A stretch of 64,000 bases of DNA from an uncultured Micavibrio sp. (GTDB lineage: Bacteria; Pseudomonadota; Alphaproteobacteria; Micavibrionales; UBA2020): the NCBI GenBank assembly GCA_964551435.1, contig CAZKBS010000001.1:285422-349421 (forward strand), given 5' to 3'. Shown in pieces: positions 1 to 10,040 of the stretch. Position 1 is the first letter of the stretch. Every line of letters begins with the position of its first letter. The notes beneath the pieces were generated by a model. The model saw only the letters and a program-made list of their open reading frames with translations. It did no database searches and was not told the origin of the DNA. The position numbers were made by a program, and so were the translations under genes.

Positions 1-140
1 AGCATCTGGAATTTTTCCTGCTCCACGACCTGCAGAAAACCGAGCCTGCCTGCCAGAACCGCAAAAATCGCCCCTTGCGCGGCGCCGACCAGCAGCGCGC
101 GGCGGGAAAACTCTTTGTAGCGTTCCATATCGCGGTTCAT
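1..140 (-). CDS. mrdA: penicillin-binding protein 2 (MrdA), N-terminal fragment running off the left edge
   Basis: Minus-strand translation from ATG 140 (or in-frame ATG 128) gives MNRDMERYKEFSRRALLVGAAQGAIFAVLAGRLGFLQVVEQEKFQML, a PBP2-style N-terminal membrane anchor. It lies directly downstream of mreB-mreC-mreD, the canonical order. Confidence 0.6.
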   Translation of the reverse strand, partial: MNRDMERYKEFSRRALLVGAAQGAIFAVLAGRLGFLQVVEQEKFQM

Positions 141-209
141 GGCCGTTATACTAACTTTGCGCGGAACACTTTGAAAGACAAACTAGGGAGAAAACGCGCG
201 GCTAGAAAT

Positions 210-755
210 CTATTTTCCGGCAAGCGAGGAGCGGGCGGCAACCCAGCGGCCAAAAGCCGACAACGCCGGAGCGGCCACAGGGAAAAGGGCGCAGGTCAGC
301 GCAACACTGACAACCTGCGGGCGCAGCGCAATGGCATGGCCGGTAAAAACGGAATACATCAGCCATTGCAGGGCGCCTGTACAAACCGCAACCAGCGACA
401 GCCCCGCCCAAACCACACGAAACGGCTGCCCGAGCAGGAATTTGCGCTGACGGAAGGTCATCCACTGTACAAGCACCAACGGCAATGCATTCAATCCGGG
501 GGGAAACCCGGCCAATAAATCCAGCGCGATGCCGAGACTGAAGGTCAGAAAATAAGTGAAAACACCGGGCCAGAGGATTGTCCAGTAAAACACCGCCATC
601 AAAACGAAGGCCGGCCTGACTTCGGAAAAATGCGGCCCCGGCAACGGAAAGGTACTAACCATCAGCAGCACGAAAATCACCAGCAGCATCAGACCTATGC
701 GTCCTGCCGCAGCAATAAGAATGCCTTTCCAGCTATCCTGAACCCGCAATGTCAT
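210..755 (-). CDS. mreD: rod shape-determining protein MreD
   Basis: 181-aa polytopic hydrophobic protein immediately downstream of mreC. Position and composition are typical of MreD. Confidence 0.8.
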   Translation of the reverse strand: MTLRVQDSWKGILIAAAGRIGLMLLVIFVLLMVSTFPLPGPHFSEVRPAFVLMAVFYWTILWPGVFTYFLTFSLGIALDLLAGFPPGLNALPLVLVQWMTFRQRKFLLGQPFRVVWAGLSLVAVCTGALQWLMYSVFTGHAIALRPQVVSVALTCALFPVAAPALSAFGRWVAARSSLAGK

Positions 756-777
756 GGAAAAAATCTACCTGCCTGTT

Positions 778-1683
778 TCAAGGCACGGGCGACGACAGCT
801 CACCGCTGATAAGCGCCGGATCGACGGTTGTATTAATGACCTGTACATAGGTCACTTTTTCAATCGCCGTCAGGGGGCGTACCAGAACGCCTTCGGGCCC
901 GATATCGACAATCGTGCCGATGGGAATATCAGGCGGCAGCTGGCCGCCATCACCGGAGGTGACGACACGCTGGCCGACACTAAGTCCACTGTCGATGGGC
1001 AGGCGTTCAAGACGCAGCAAATCGCTGTTGCGGCCGGCCAAAATGGCGCGGGTACGGGTGTTTTGCACCATCACAGGAATGCGTGAGTTAAGGTCGGTAA
1101 TCAGCAGTACGCGGGACGATTGCAGCCCAGCCTCGACAACGCGGCCGATGAGCCCGTGGCCGGACATGACGGCGTTGCCTTTGCCGACGTTATGGGTGCT
1201 GCCGACGGGCAGCAGCACGCTTTTTACAAACGCGCCGCCCGGGTCAGAAATAATCCGCGCGGTTACGAATTCGAGTGCGGGGTCTGCCTTGACGTTCAAA
1301 AGTTCGCGGAAGGATTGGTTTTCGGCCTGAAGTTTCAGCGCCGCTTCGTACCACTGCTGCAGCTTGGCGTTATCTTCGCGCAGGCGGATGTTTTCGGCTT
1401 TCATCTCGCGCATGGTACGGATGCCATCGAATGAATCGCCCGCAGTCGCAAACGGTTTGGATACGGCGGCCATAACCGGCGCCATGATATCTGTCACCGT
1501 CACGCGCAGGCGTTCGACGGGCAGACTGTCAATTTTGTAGAAGACCATCAGGGTAAGAGACAACAGCGCAAGGGCCGCCGGTGTCAGGCGGGTGGCCATG
1601 CTGCGTAGTGTCATGGCTTGGAAGGTATCTTTGCGGCTTCTCCGGGTCACCGGACACCATCTCCCTGAGGTAAAACGAGACAT
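778..1683 (-). CDS. mreC: rod shape-determining protein MreC
   Basis: N-terminal TM segment, then a coiled-coil segment (KAENIRLREDNAKLQQWYEAALKLQAENQSF), then a beta-rich C-terminal domain (GDGGQLPPDIPIGTIVDI). Start is ambiguous (ATG 1683 or 1614; ORF open to 1752). Confidence 0.85.
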   Translation of the reverse strand: MSRFTSGRWCPVTRRSRKDTFQAMTLRSMATRLTPAALALLSLTLMVFYKIDSLPVERLRVTVTDIMAPVMAAVSKPFATAGDSFDGIRTMREMKAENIRLREDNAKLQQWYEAALKLQAENQSFRELLNVKADPALEFVTARIISDPGGAFVKSVLLPVGSTHNVGKGNAVMSGHGLIGRVVEAGLQSSRVLLITDLNSRIPVMVQNTRTRAILAGRNSDLLRLERLPIDSGLSVGQRVVTSGDGGQLPPDIPIGTIVDIGPEGVLVRPLTAIEKVTYVQVINTTVDPALISGELSSPVP

Positions 1684-1884
1684 CGGGGCGTCTGGCAGCC
1701 CTTTTGGTCTCTTGGTATCCTCATTATAACAGCGATTTATTAATAAAGGCAAAAGGACTTTTGCCCAAACCCCTGAAAACTATGCGGATTAACGAGGTGC
1801 CCCCCGCGCAGCCACAAAACAGGTCTCGGCTGCCTACGCCTGTAGGCGGCATGAGTTCCGCACCTCCAAGGAGAGGGCGTCGAA

Positions 1885-2970
<1,086 letters not shown>

Positions 2971-3014
2971 TTAAACACAGGAATTGCGGCTTGAGCAGTA
3001 TGCCTTGCGGCAGA

Positions 3015-3152
3015 TTACTGCTTTGCCTTCATGCGCGGGTTTTCTTTGTTGATGACGTAGAGGCGCATTTTGCCTTTGCCATCACGGCGACGCACAACCT
3101 TGTTGTTTTTGTCGCGGCTTTTCAGCGATTTAAGAGAAGAAGTCTTTTTCAT
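3015..3152 (-). CDS. rpmJ: 50S ribosomal protein L36
   Basis: From the internal ATG at 3152: [45 protein letters not shown] (45 aa). It matches the non-zinc L36 pattern MK.R.SLKSLK.R......VRR.G..YVINK..PR.KA.Q, with a short DGKGKM insertion. Confidence 0.8.
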   Translation of the reverse strand: MKKTSSLKSLKSRDKNNKVVRRRDGKGKMRLYVINKENPRMKAKQ

Positions 3153-3514
3153 GATGCGAATCCAATCAAATCTCGAATGTGGTTGCCTTTCAATAAGGCA
3201 ACGCAACCTACTGATATTTTTAATTTTGGTCAACCATTATCTGACAAACAATCTGGCAAATTTCCCCGCTCATACGCAGGCGTGACACACAGGCGGGCGA
3301 TGCTTGATAGGCCAAAAGCCAGGCGGATCGATTCTCGGAAAATACGCCGTATAAAACATCGGAATTTCAGTGTACGATTTACTTGACAAATTATTGTAAT
3401 TTTATTGCTGTGATACATTGTTGCCGTGAATTAAAATGATGTTTTAACGGTTTCAAACATAATTTTAAATTTATGAAAAAATATTTGCTTTTTTGCACTG
3501 CCGCATGATACAAC

Positions 3515-3700
3515 CATCTTGCTTAGATGCAGGGAGCCGGGGGGTTTCTATCCGCACACAAAAACAAACAATAATAATCAAGTAGTCCCACCATAAGCAC
3601 AAAAAATCCGGCTCTGCATCACACCTTCCCTTGAGAAGGTTTCAAACTGAAAAAACAAAAATAACCCCGCCGCCGGTACCCGGAAGCGGGGTTTTTATTT
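3515..3700 (+). ncRNA. candidate small RNA (structured, terminator-bounded); family unknown
   Basis: No credible ORF. A long-range stem GATGCAG(G)GAGCCGG 3526-3540 pairs with CCGGCTCTGCATC 3608-3620 and encloses an A/C-rich loop. A hairpin CCTTC/GAAGG lies at 3624-3639 and a GC hairpin plus T-run at 3665-3696. A weak promoter is possible: TTGCTT 3485-3490, then TGaTACAAC ending at 3514. Confidence 0.25.
3663..3700. terminator. bidirectional Rho-independent terminator
   Basis: CCCCGC 3665-3670 pairs with GCGGGG 3686-3691, followed by TTTTT on the + strand and preceded by an A-rich run (a T-run on the minus strand). It sits 14 nt after the stop of the minus-strand EF-hand gene. Confidence 0.7.
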
Positions 3701-3713
3701 GTCCCGTTTTTTC

Positions 3714-3998
3714 CTAGCAGCGCTGTTGCGGCAGCTGCGCGAAAAATTCCGCGGGCGAAAGCCCGCCGCTGTCATCCGTGTCGGCCGTATCAAACAGAGC
3801 CCGTTCCTGTTCGGCGGAAATGCCGCCCAGCGTGCTTTGGGCGCTATATTCGCGAAGGGAAAGGACGCCATCGCCGTCTTTGTCGGCAGCAGCGAATTTT
3901 TCCGCCTTTTGTTCAGGCGTGCTGATGCAGGCGCCGGCGGCGCATGGGGCAACCGCCGACAACAGCATCACAGCAAGTACAAAACCCGCGCGCGTCAT
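3714..3998 (-). CDS. secreted EF-hand calcium-binding protein
   Basis: 94 aa with a signal peptide ([23 protein letters not shown]) and two EF-hand loops (DKDGDGVLSLRE, DTDDSGGLSPAE). Its ATG shares one nucleotide with the guaC stop (TGATG). Confidence 0.75.
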   Translation of the reverse strand: MTRAGFVLAVMLLSAVAPCAAGACISTPEQKAEKFAAADKDGDGVLSLREYSAQSTLGGISAEQERALFDTADTDDSGGLSPAEFFAQLPQQRC

Positions 3999-5020
3999 CA
4001 GCGGGAATTTTTGATGACAAAAGTCGCGCGTTTGGAAAACTCCTTCAGACGCGCGGCGCCGACATAGGTGCAGGCACTGCGCAAACCACCGAGGATTTCC
4101 TGCACGGTATGGGCAACGTCACCTTTGTAGTCGATGCGCACCACGCGGCCCTCGGACGCGCGGTGTTTTGCCATACCGCCCGCGTATTTGTTCATCGCGA
4201 CTTCGGACGACATGCCGTAGTACTCGACCTGATTGTCGTTCTTTGCCAGTTCTGCCAGCTGTTCTTCGCTGAGGGTTTCGGTATGGCCCGCGAACATGCC
4301 GCCGAGCATCACGAAATCCGCACCTGCGGCAAAAGCTTTGGACACATCGCCCGGCATTTTGCAGCCGCCATCCGCGCAGATAAAGCCCGACAGGCCATGC
4401 GCCGCATCGGCACATTCAATCACGGCGGAAACCTGCGGATAGCCAATCCCCGTCATGGCGCGCGTCATGCAGGCGCTGCCCGGGCCGATGCCCACCTTGA
4501 CGATATCAGCGCCGGCCAGAATAAGCGCTTCGGTCATATCGGGCGTGGCGACGTTGCCCGCCATGATGACCTTGCCCGGATGGTGTTCGCGCACGCGCTT
4601 GATGAAATCGAGGAAGTATTCAGTATAGCCATTGGCGACATCGAGGCAGATTTTGTTGATCGAATTGCTGCCCAGCGTATTCATGACGTTGTCGATTTTG
4701 GTGATATCGTCAATACCGAAAGTTACGAAAGAAAAAGCGCCGGAGATATTGGCGGCTTTGAGGTCATCCAGCGGGATATGCTTGTGAAGGGCGGTGAAAA
4801 TATCATGTTCCGCCAGTGCCGCCGCCATTTTGACGGTACCTACCGTATCCATGTTCGCCGCGATGATGGGCACGCCCGTCACGTCGATGCCGGCATGCGG
4901 CATTTTGAAGGTGCGGCGGACATCCACCTCGGCCCGCGATTTCAGGCGGGAGCGTTTGGGGCGGATCAGGACATCGTCAAAATCAAGTTTCGGTTCGGCT
5001 TCAATTCTCATGTAGGGCAC
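3998..5020 (-). CDS. guaC: GMP reductase
   Basis: 340 aa. The N-terminus ([13 protein letters not shown]) and the IMPDH/GMPR TIM-barrel motifs ([16 protein letters not shown]) are GuaC-like, and there is no CBS insert. Confidence 0.93.
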   Translation of the reverse strand: MPYMRIEAEPKLDFDDVLIRPKRSRLKSRAEVDVRRTFKMPHAGIDVTGVPIIAANMDTVGTVKMAAALAEHDIFTALHKHIPLDDLKAANISGAFSFVTFGIDDITKIDNVMNTLGSNSINKICLDVANGYTEYFLDFIKRVREHHPGKVIMAGNVATPDMTEALILAGADIVKVGIGPGSACMTRAMTGIGYPQVSAVIECADAAHGLSGFICADGGCKMPGDVSKAFAAGADFVMLGGMFAGHTETLSEEQLAELAKNDNQVEYYGMSSEVAMNKYAGGMAKHRASEGRVVRIDYKGDVAHTVQEILGGLRSACTYVGAARLKEFSKRATFVIKNSR

Positions 5021-5320
5021 TCCGTTTCAGGGCACGCGAACAACCCGTGGGCTTTCGGGGCCGACGGGACAAGGTGAAACCGCAATGATGGGGGGTTTCG
5101 TCTATCCATAGGCCGTTTCAGCGCGTGAAACAAGCAGATTAAATCACTGTGCCGTGAATTGTTCACCTTGACATAACGGGGCCGTTTTTATATTTGTTTG
5201 TGTTTATATACGCAGCTTTTGCGCGATTCCCCCGAACACCGTTATTTCTCACCGCACAGTCAAATTCAATGGCTGCTGCGTGCGTGCGGCCTGTGTTGGC
5301 GTTTTACTGAGGTGCAGGTT

Positions 5321-6649
5321 TTATTTTCCGATGCAGAAATCGCGGAATATTTTATCAAGCAGCTCTTCGACATGCACGCGGCCAGTGATACGGCCAAGCG
5401 CGCGCAGCGCCATGCGCAAATCTTCCGCCGCCAGTTCCGGCAAGGCGGCGGATACCGCACGGGTCAGATGCTCGGAAGCTTCGGTCAGCGCCGCGCGGTG
5501 ACGCTCTCTGGTCAGCGCAGGCGCGCCGCTGCCTGCGCCCAAAAGCCCTGCGATGCGCGCTGTTAAAGCCTTGAGGAAATCTTCCATACCCTGTCCTGTT
5601 CGCACGGAGAGGGGAAAACCATCAAGCGGCAGCGCCACGCCGAGGTCCGCTTTCGAAAGGGCAACGATTGTCCTGTCGTCAATCAGCGCCGCTGTCGCGG
5701 CGTCGGGCGCGGATAATGTCGCATCGAAAAGGGCGATTTTCAAATCGGCTTCCTGCGCGCGGACATGGGCGCGCCGAATGCCTTCGGCTTCTATCTGCTG
5801 CGCTGTATCGCGCAGCCCCGCGGTGTCGGCCAGAATGGCAGGATAGCCGCCAAGATCCAGATGCACTTCAATCACATCGCGCGTTGTGCCTGCCTCGTCA
5901 GATACAATCGCCGCATCGCGGCGGGCGAGTGCATTCAGCAGCGAGGATTTACCCGCGTTCGGCGCGCCGATAATTGCGACCATGACGCCGCTGCGCAAAC
6001 GCTCCCCGCGGCGGTTGTCATCGAGATGCAGGGCAATTTCGGCGCGCAGTTTTTCGATTTGCGGCAAAAGCGTACCGGAAAGACCTTGGGGCAAATCATC
6101 TTCAGGGAATTCGATATCCGCTTCCTGATGCGCAAGAATACCCGAAAGACGCGCCGTCCATCCCTGATAAACCGCCGACAGATCGCCGCCCAGCTGCGAC
6201 AGGGCTTGCAGACGCTGCGCCTCTGTTTCCGCGTCAATTAAGTCGGCAATCGCCTCCGCTTCGGTCAGGTCAAGCTTGCCATTTTCAAAAGCGCGGCGGG
6301 TAAATTCACCCGGTGCCGCATGGTCAAAACCGTCCATACGGCCCAAGGCTGCCACGAGCGATTCAATAACCGAACGGCCGCCGTGCACGTGATATTCAAC
6401 GGTATCTTCGCCTGTAAAACTGGCCGGCCCCTTGAAGTAAATTACGAGGGCGCGGTCGATGGCTTTTTGCGACTGCGGTTCGCGGAGTGTCACGTAATAA
6501 GCATGACGCGGGCGTGGGTTTTGTTTGCCGCCGAGGGTTTGCAGCGATAACAGCGCCTGCGGGCCCGAAACACGAATGACCGCAACCCCCGCGCGCATAC
6601 TGCCGGAGGCCAAAGCAAAAATCGTTTTATGCGGGTTATTTTGCGTCAT
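5321..6649 (-). CDS. mnmE: tRNA modification GTPase MnmE (TrmE)
   Basis: 442 aa with a G-domain (GAPNAGKSSLLNAL, DTAGLR) and the diagnostic C-terminal CIGK. Confidence 0.95.
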   Translation of the reverse strand: MTQNNPHKTIFALASGSMRAGVAVIRVSGPQALLSLQTLGGKQNPRPRHAYYVTLREPQSQKAIDRALVIYFKGPASFTGEDTVEYHVHGGRSVIESLVAALGRMDGFDHAAPGEFTRRAFENGKLDLTEAEAIADLIDAETEAQRLQALSQLGGDLSAVYQGWTARLSGILAHQEADIEFPEDDLPQGLSGTLLPQIEKLRAEIALHLDDNRRGERLRSGVMVAIIGAPNAGKSSLLNALARRDAAIVSDEAGTTRDVIEVHLDLGGYPAILADTAGLRDTAQQIEAEGIRRAHVRAQEADLKIALFDATLSAPDAATAALIDDRTIVALSKADLGVALPLDGFPLSVRTGQGMEDFLKALTARIAGLLGAGSGAPALTRERHRAALTEASEHLTRAVSAALPELAAEDLRMALRALGRITGRVHVEELLDKIFRDFCIGK

Positions 6650-7051
6650 TTAGCAGCAGGCCGTGCCATCCGTACCGCAGCCCGCGGGCTTTTGTTCGGC
6701 GCGCAGTTCTTTCTGGTCATTGGTCAGACGCAGACACTCGACAATTTTGCCGCCTTTGATATGACTGTCGACGATTTCGTCAATGTCGTCTTTGGTGGAG
6801 TAGGTATACCAGACGCCTTCGGGATAGATAACCATGACCGCGCCCAGCTCGCAGCGGTCAAGACAGCCTGCCATATTCACGCGTGTATTTTCGATTTTCA
6901 GCTCGCTGATGCGCGCTTTCATGTAATTGCGCAGTTCGACGCCGCCTTTTTCCTTGCAGCAGCCGCGCGGATGACCCGCCGGACGCTCGTTACCGCAGCA
7001 AAAAATATGCCGCTCGAAATAGGGTTTTTGGGCATCGCTTGGGTTGTTCAT
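6650..7051 (-). CDS. thioredoxin-like [2Fe-2S] ferredoxin family protein
   Basis: 133 aa with Cys clusters ([30 protein letters not shown]) and a ...[11 protein letters not shown]... core typical of this fold, plus an extra C-terminal CGTDGTACC. Its stop abuts the mnmE start (TAAATG). Confidence 0.75.
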   Translation of the reverse strand: MNNPSDAQKPYFERHIFCCGNERPAGHPRGCCKEKGGVELRNYMKARISELKIENTRVNMAGCLDRCELGAVMVIYPEGVWYTYSTKDDIDEIVDSHIKGGKIVECLRLTNDQKELRAEQKPAGCGTDGTACC

Positions 7052-7104
7052 GGCGTAATCCTTTTACTTTCGCTAAGGTAGGGCAGGAAAACCAAGGCGA
7101 CAAG

Positions 7105-9192
7105 ATGAATCTCTCCGGCAAAAACCTTTTGGGCGACGAAACCAGCCCCTATTTGCGCCAGCACAAGGACAACCCCGTGCACTGGATGCCGTGGGGTGAT
7201 GCCGCCTTCGACCGTGCCCGCGCCGAAAACAAGCCGGTTTTGCTGTCGATTGGTTATGCCGCCTGTCACTGGTGCCACGTCATGGCGCATGAAAGTTTCC
7301 AAGACCCCGCCACCGCAGATGTCATGAACAGTCTTTATGTCTGCATCAAGGTGGACCGCGAGGAACTGCCCGATGTCGACAACCTCTATCAAACCGCGCT
7401 GGCGCTGATGGGGCAGCAAGGCGGCTGGCCGCTGACGGTTTTTCTGACGCCGCAAGGCGAGGCCTTCTGGGGCGGTACGTATTTTCCGCCGCATCCGCGC
7501 CATGGCTTGCCGTCATTTCGCGAAGTATTACGCGGGGTTGCCGATTCATGGCTGCGGGAGCCGGATAAAGTCACCCATAACAGCGCCAGCATCCGCCGTG
7601 CGCTGGGCGCACTTTATACCCAAGGCGCAGGGCCCTTGCCGCTGCCCGCACAGGCGGCGCAGATTGCCGAAAAGCTTTTGCAGCGGTTTGATCCGGTTGG
7701 CGGTGGGTTTGGCGATGCGGAGTCGCCGAAGTTTCCGTGTTTACCAGCCTTGTCGTTGCTCTGGGCCTGTCATATCCGTACAGGGCAGGACAAGTACAAA
7801 TCCGCCGTTGTGCAAGCGCTAACCGCGATGTGTCAGGGTGGGCTTTACGACCATATTGGCGGGGGATTTTTTCGCTATACCGTCGACAGCGGCTGGGAAA
7901 TTCCCCATTTCGAAAAAATGCTGGCCGATAACGCACTGTTTATCGATTTGCTGACAGAAGTTTTTCGCGAAACGCAAAACCCGCTGTTTGCCGCACGCAT
8001 TGAACAGACCATCGACTGGCTTGCGCGCGAAATGGCCGTCAGCGAAGGGGGCTATAGCGCTTTCGCCAGCAGCTTGGATGCCGACAGCGTGTCGGACACG
8101 GGCGCAGCGGCAGAGGGTGCATTTTACGTCTGGCGCGCGGGGGATGTCGATGAAGCGCTCGGTGCCGATGCCGGTGATTTCCGCGCGGCCTTTGATATTT
8201 CAAAATTCGGCAACTGGCCGGGGCAGCCCGGATACAGTATCCCGAACCGCCTGTCGCAGCCGGAATGGCAGGGAGGGCAAGAACAGCGGCTGCATGCCCT
8301 TTGCCGCAAGCTACGTTTTACCCGTGAAAGCCGCTCTAAACCGGCACGCGATGACAAGGTTATATGCGATGTCAACGCGATTTTGACGGCCGCTTTGTGC
8401 CGTGCCGCTTTTGTTTTTGCACGAACGGAATGGCAAGACATGGCACTGTCCTGTTTTGAATACCTGCGGCGGTATCTGCGCGATGAGAACGGCCATCTGG
8501 CACGCAGCCGCTGCGCGCGTAGAAACGGCGCGGCGGCGCGGCTGGATGATTATGCGCATTACGGATTGGCCGCACTGGCGCTTTACGAAGCAACCCACCG
8601 CGCCGATTTTTTATCCGATGCCGCCACCGCGGCCAAATCGGTGATAGACACCTTTGCCGCAAATGGCGGCGGGTACTACATGACGCCGCCGGACAGTCTG
8701 CTGCCGCTGCGGCCACTGCATGCGGATGACAACGCCCTGCCGTCGGGCAATGCGGTTGTGGTGAAGCTGTTTTCAAGACTTGGCACTGTGACGGGCGATA
8801 TGCGCTGGCACGACGCGGCGGAAAAATGCGCCGCCAGTTTTGCCGATACCGTGGCCAGCCATATTTTCCCGCATGCCGCCCTGATTGAGGCCGCATTCGA
8901 GATGCAAACCAGTCTGAGTATCGTTATCGCAGGCGGCAGTCAGGAGGCGCGCGCCGCCCTGCACGGCGTATTGCGCAGCTTGTCTGTACCCGCGCAGGTT
9001 CTGCGACTGGAAGATGGTTCGGATATCCCGCAAGGACACCCTGCTTACGGTAAAAAAGCGGACAACGTGGCCCTTGCATGGATATGCACGGCAGGCCGGT
9101 GCCTATCGCCTGTCGCATCCGCCCAGACGTTTCGGGAAATGCTGCGCGCGGAGCGTCAGGGCACGCAGCGTCCGCCCGCCAACGACGGTTAA
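7105..9192 (+). CDS. thioredoxin-domain protein, YyaL/DUF255 family (N-terminal thioredoxin-like domain plus alpha/alpha-toroid domain)
   Basis: [18 protein letters not shown]...[15 protein letters not shown] is the DUF255 signature. The likely start is ATG 7105 (the ORF is open from 7039). Confidence 0.85.
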   Translation: MNLSGKNLLGDETSPYLRQHKDNPVHWMPWGDAAFDRARAENKPVLLSIGYAACHWCHVMAHESFQDPATADVMNSLYVCIKVDREELPDVDNLYQTALALMGQQGGWPLTVFLTPQGEAFWGGTYFPPHPRHGLPSFREVLRGVADSWLREPDKVTHNSASIRRALGALYTQGAGPLPLPAQAAQIAEKLLQRFDPVGGGFGDAESPKFPCLPALSLLWACHIRTGQDKYKSAVVQALTAMCQGGLYDHIGGGFFRYTVDSGWEIPHFEKMLADNALFIDLLTEVFRETQNPLFAARIEQTIDWLAREMAVSEGGYSAFASSLDADSVSDTGAAAEGAFYVWRAGDVDEALGADAGDFRAAFDISKFGNWPGQPGYSIPNRLSQPEWQGGQEQRLHALCRKLRFTRESRSKPARDDKVICDVNAILTAALCRAAFVFARTEWQDMALSCFEYLRRYLRDENGHLARSRCARRNGAAARLDDYAHYGLAALALYEATHRADFLSDAATAAKSVIDTFAANGGGYYMTPPDSLLPLRPLHADDNALPSGNAVVVKLFSRLGTVTGDMRWHDAAEKCAASFADTVASHIFPHAALIEAAFEMQTSLSIVIAGGSQEARAALHGVLRSLSVPAQVLRLEDGSDIPQGHPAYGKKADNVALAWICTAGRCLSPVASAQTFREMLRAERQGTQRPPANDG

Positions 9193-9303
9193 GCTGGTTC
9201 GCCTTTAAACTCTTGCGATTTAACGCTTGCGCCGCTTGACGCTCCGCCCTAAACGGGTAGTCTGTAGGACAGCATAAATACCGCAAGCAAAAGGAAAATC
9301 ATC

Positions 9304-10005
9304 ATGGCAGAGACAATCACGGTAACGGCGCATGACGGCGGTTCTTTTTCGGCTTACGTCGCGCGCCCGCAAGGTGCCGGCCCGCATCCGGCCGTTGTGG
9401 TTATCCAGGAAATTTTTGGCGTGAACGCGGTGATGCGCGGCATTTGCGACAATCTGGCGAAGGAAGGTTATATCGCCATCTGCCCGGATCTTTTCTGGCG
9501 GCAGGAACCCGGTATCCAGCTCACCGACCGCAGCGAAGCGGAATGGAAGCGCGCATTTGAACTTTTTAACGGCTTTAACGTTGACCTTGGCGTTGAAGAT
9601 CTTAAGTCCACACTGGCCGCCGCACGTAGCATCAGCGGCAGCAATGGCAAGGCGGGCACCATCGGTTACTGCCTCGGCGGCAAGCTGGCGTTTTTGATGG
9701 CAACACGCTCGGATGCCGATGCGAATGTCAGCTATTATGGCGTCGGACTGGATGCCCTACTGGACGAAGCAGGCGGCATCACCAAGCCGCTGTTGATGCA
9801 TATCGCGGAAAAAGACAAATTCGTCCCGCCTGAAGCGCAAAAGAAAATTCTGGACGCGCTTTTGAACAAATCCGGCATCACGCTGCATGTGTATCAGGGC
9901 GTTGATCATGCCTTTGCGCGTGTCGGCGGCGAACATTACGACGCGGCCATGGCAGAAACTGCCAATGACCGCACGCGCCGGCACCTCAAGGCGCATCTTG
10001 CCTAA
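9304..10005 (+). CDS. dienelactone hydrolase family protein (carboxymethylenebutenolidase-like)
   Basis: 233 aa with VVVIQEIFGVN, the nucleophile motif GYCLGG and a C-terminal HAF; this is the typical DLH layout. Confidence 0.85.
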   Translation: MAETITVTAHDGGSFSAYVARPQGAGPHPAVVVIQEIFGVNAVMRGICDNLAKEGYIAICPDLFWRQEPGIQLTDRSEAEWKRAFELFNGFNVDLGVEDLKSTLAAARSISGSNGKAGTIGYCLGGKLAFLMATRSDADANVSYYGVGLDALLDEAGGITKPLLMHIAEKDKFVPPEAQKKILDALLNKSGITLHVYQGVDHAFARVGGEHYDAAMAETANDRTRRHLKAHLA

Positions 10006-10040
10006 CAGAACAGCCCCACCCAGACGCTGACGGTTTTTTC

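Noticed and set aside
3473-3508. A mini-ORF, ATG AAA AAA TAT TTG CTT TTT TGC ACT GCC GCA TGA (MKKYLLFCTAA), resembling a truncated lipoprotein signal peptide.
   Set aside because: It is only 11 codons, with no continuation in any frame and no Shine-Dalgarno element. It may be a gene remnant but cannot be supported. It overlaps the putative sRNA promoter.
5115-5131. GTTTCAgcgcgTGAAAC, which resembles a parS site.
   Set aside because: The half-sites are 6 bp with a 5-nt spacer, not the contiguous GTTTCAC/GTGAAAC palindrome. It lies in the guaC leader far from parAB and is more likely an RNA hairpin.
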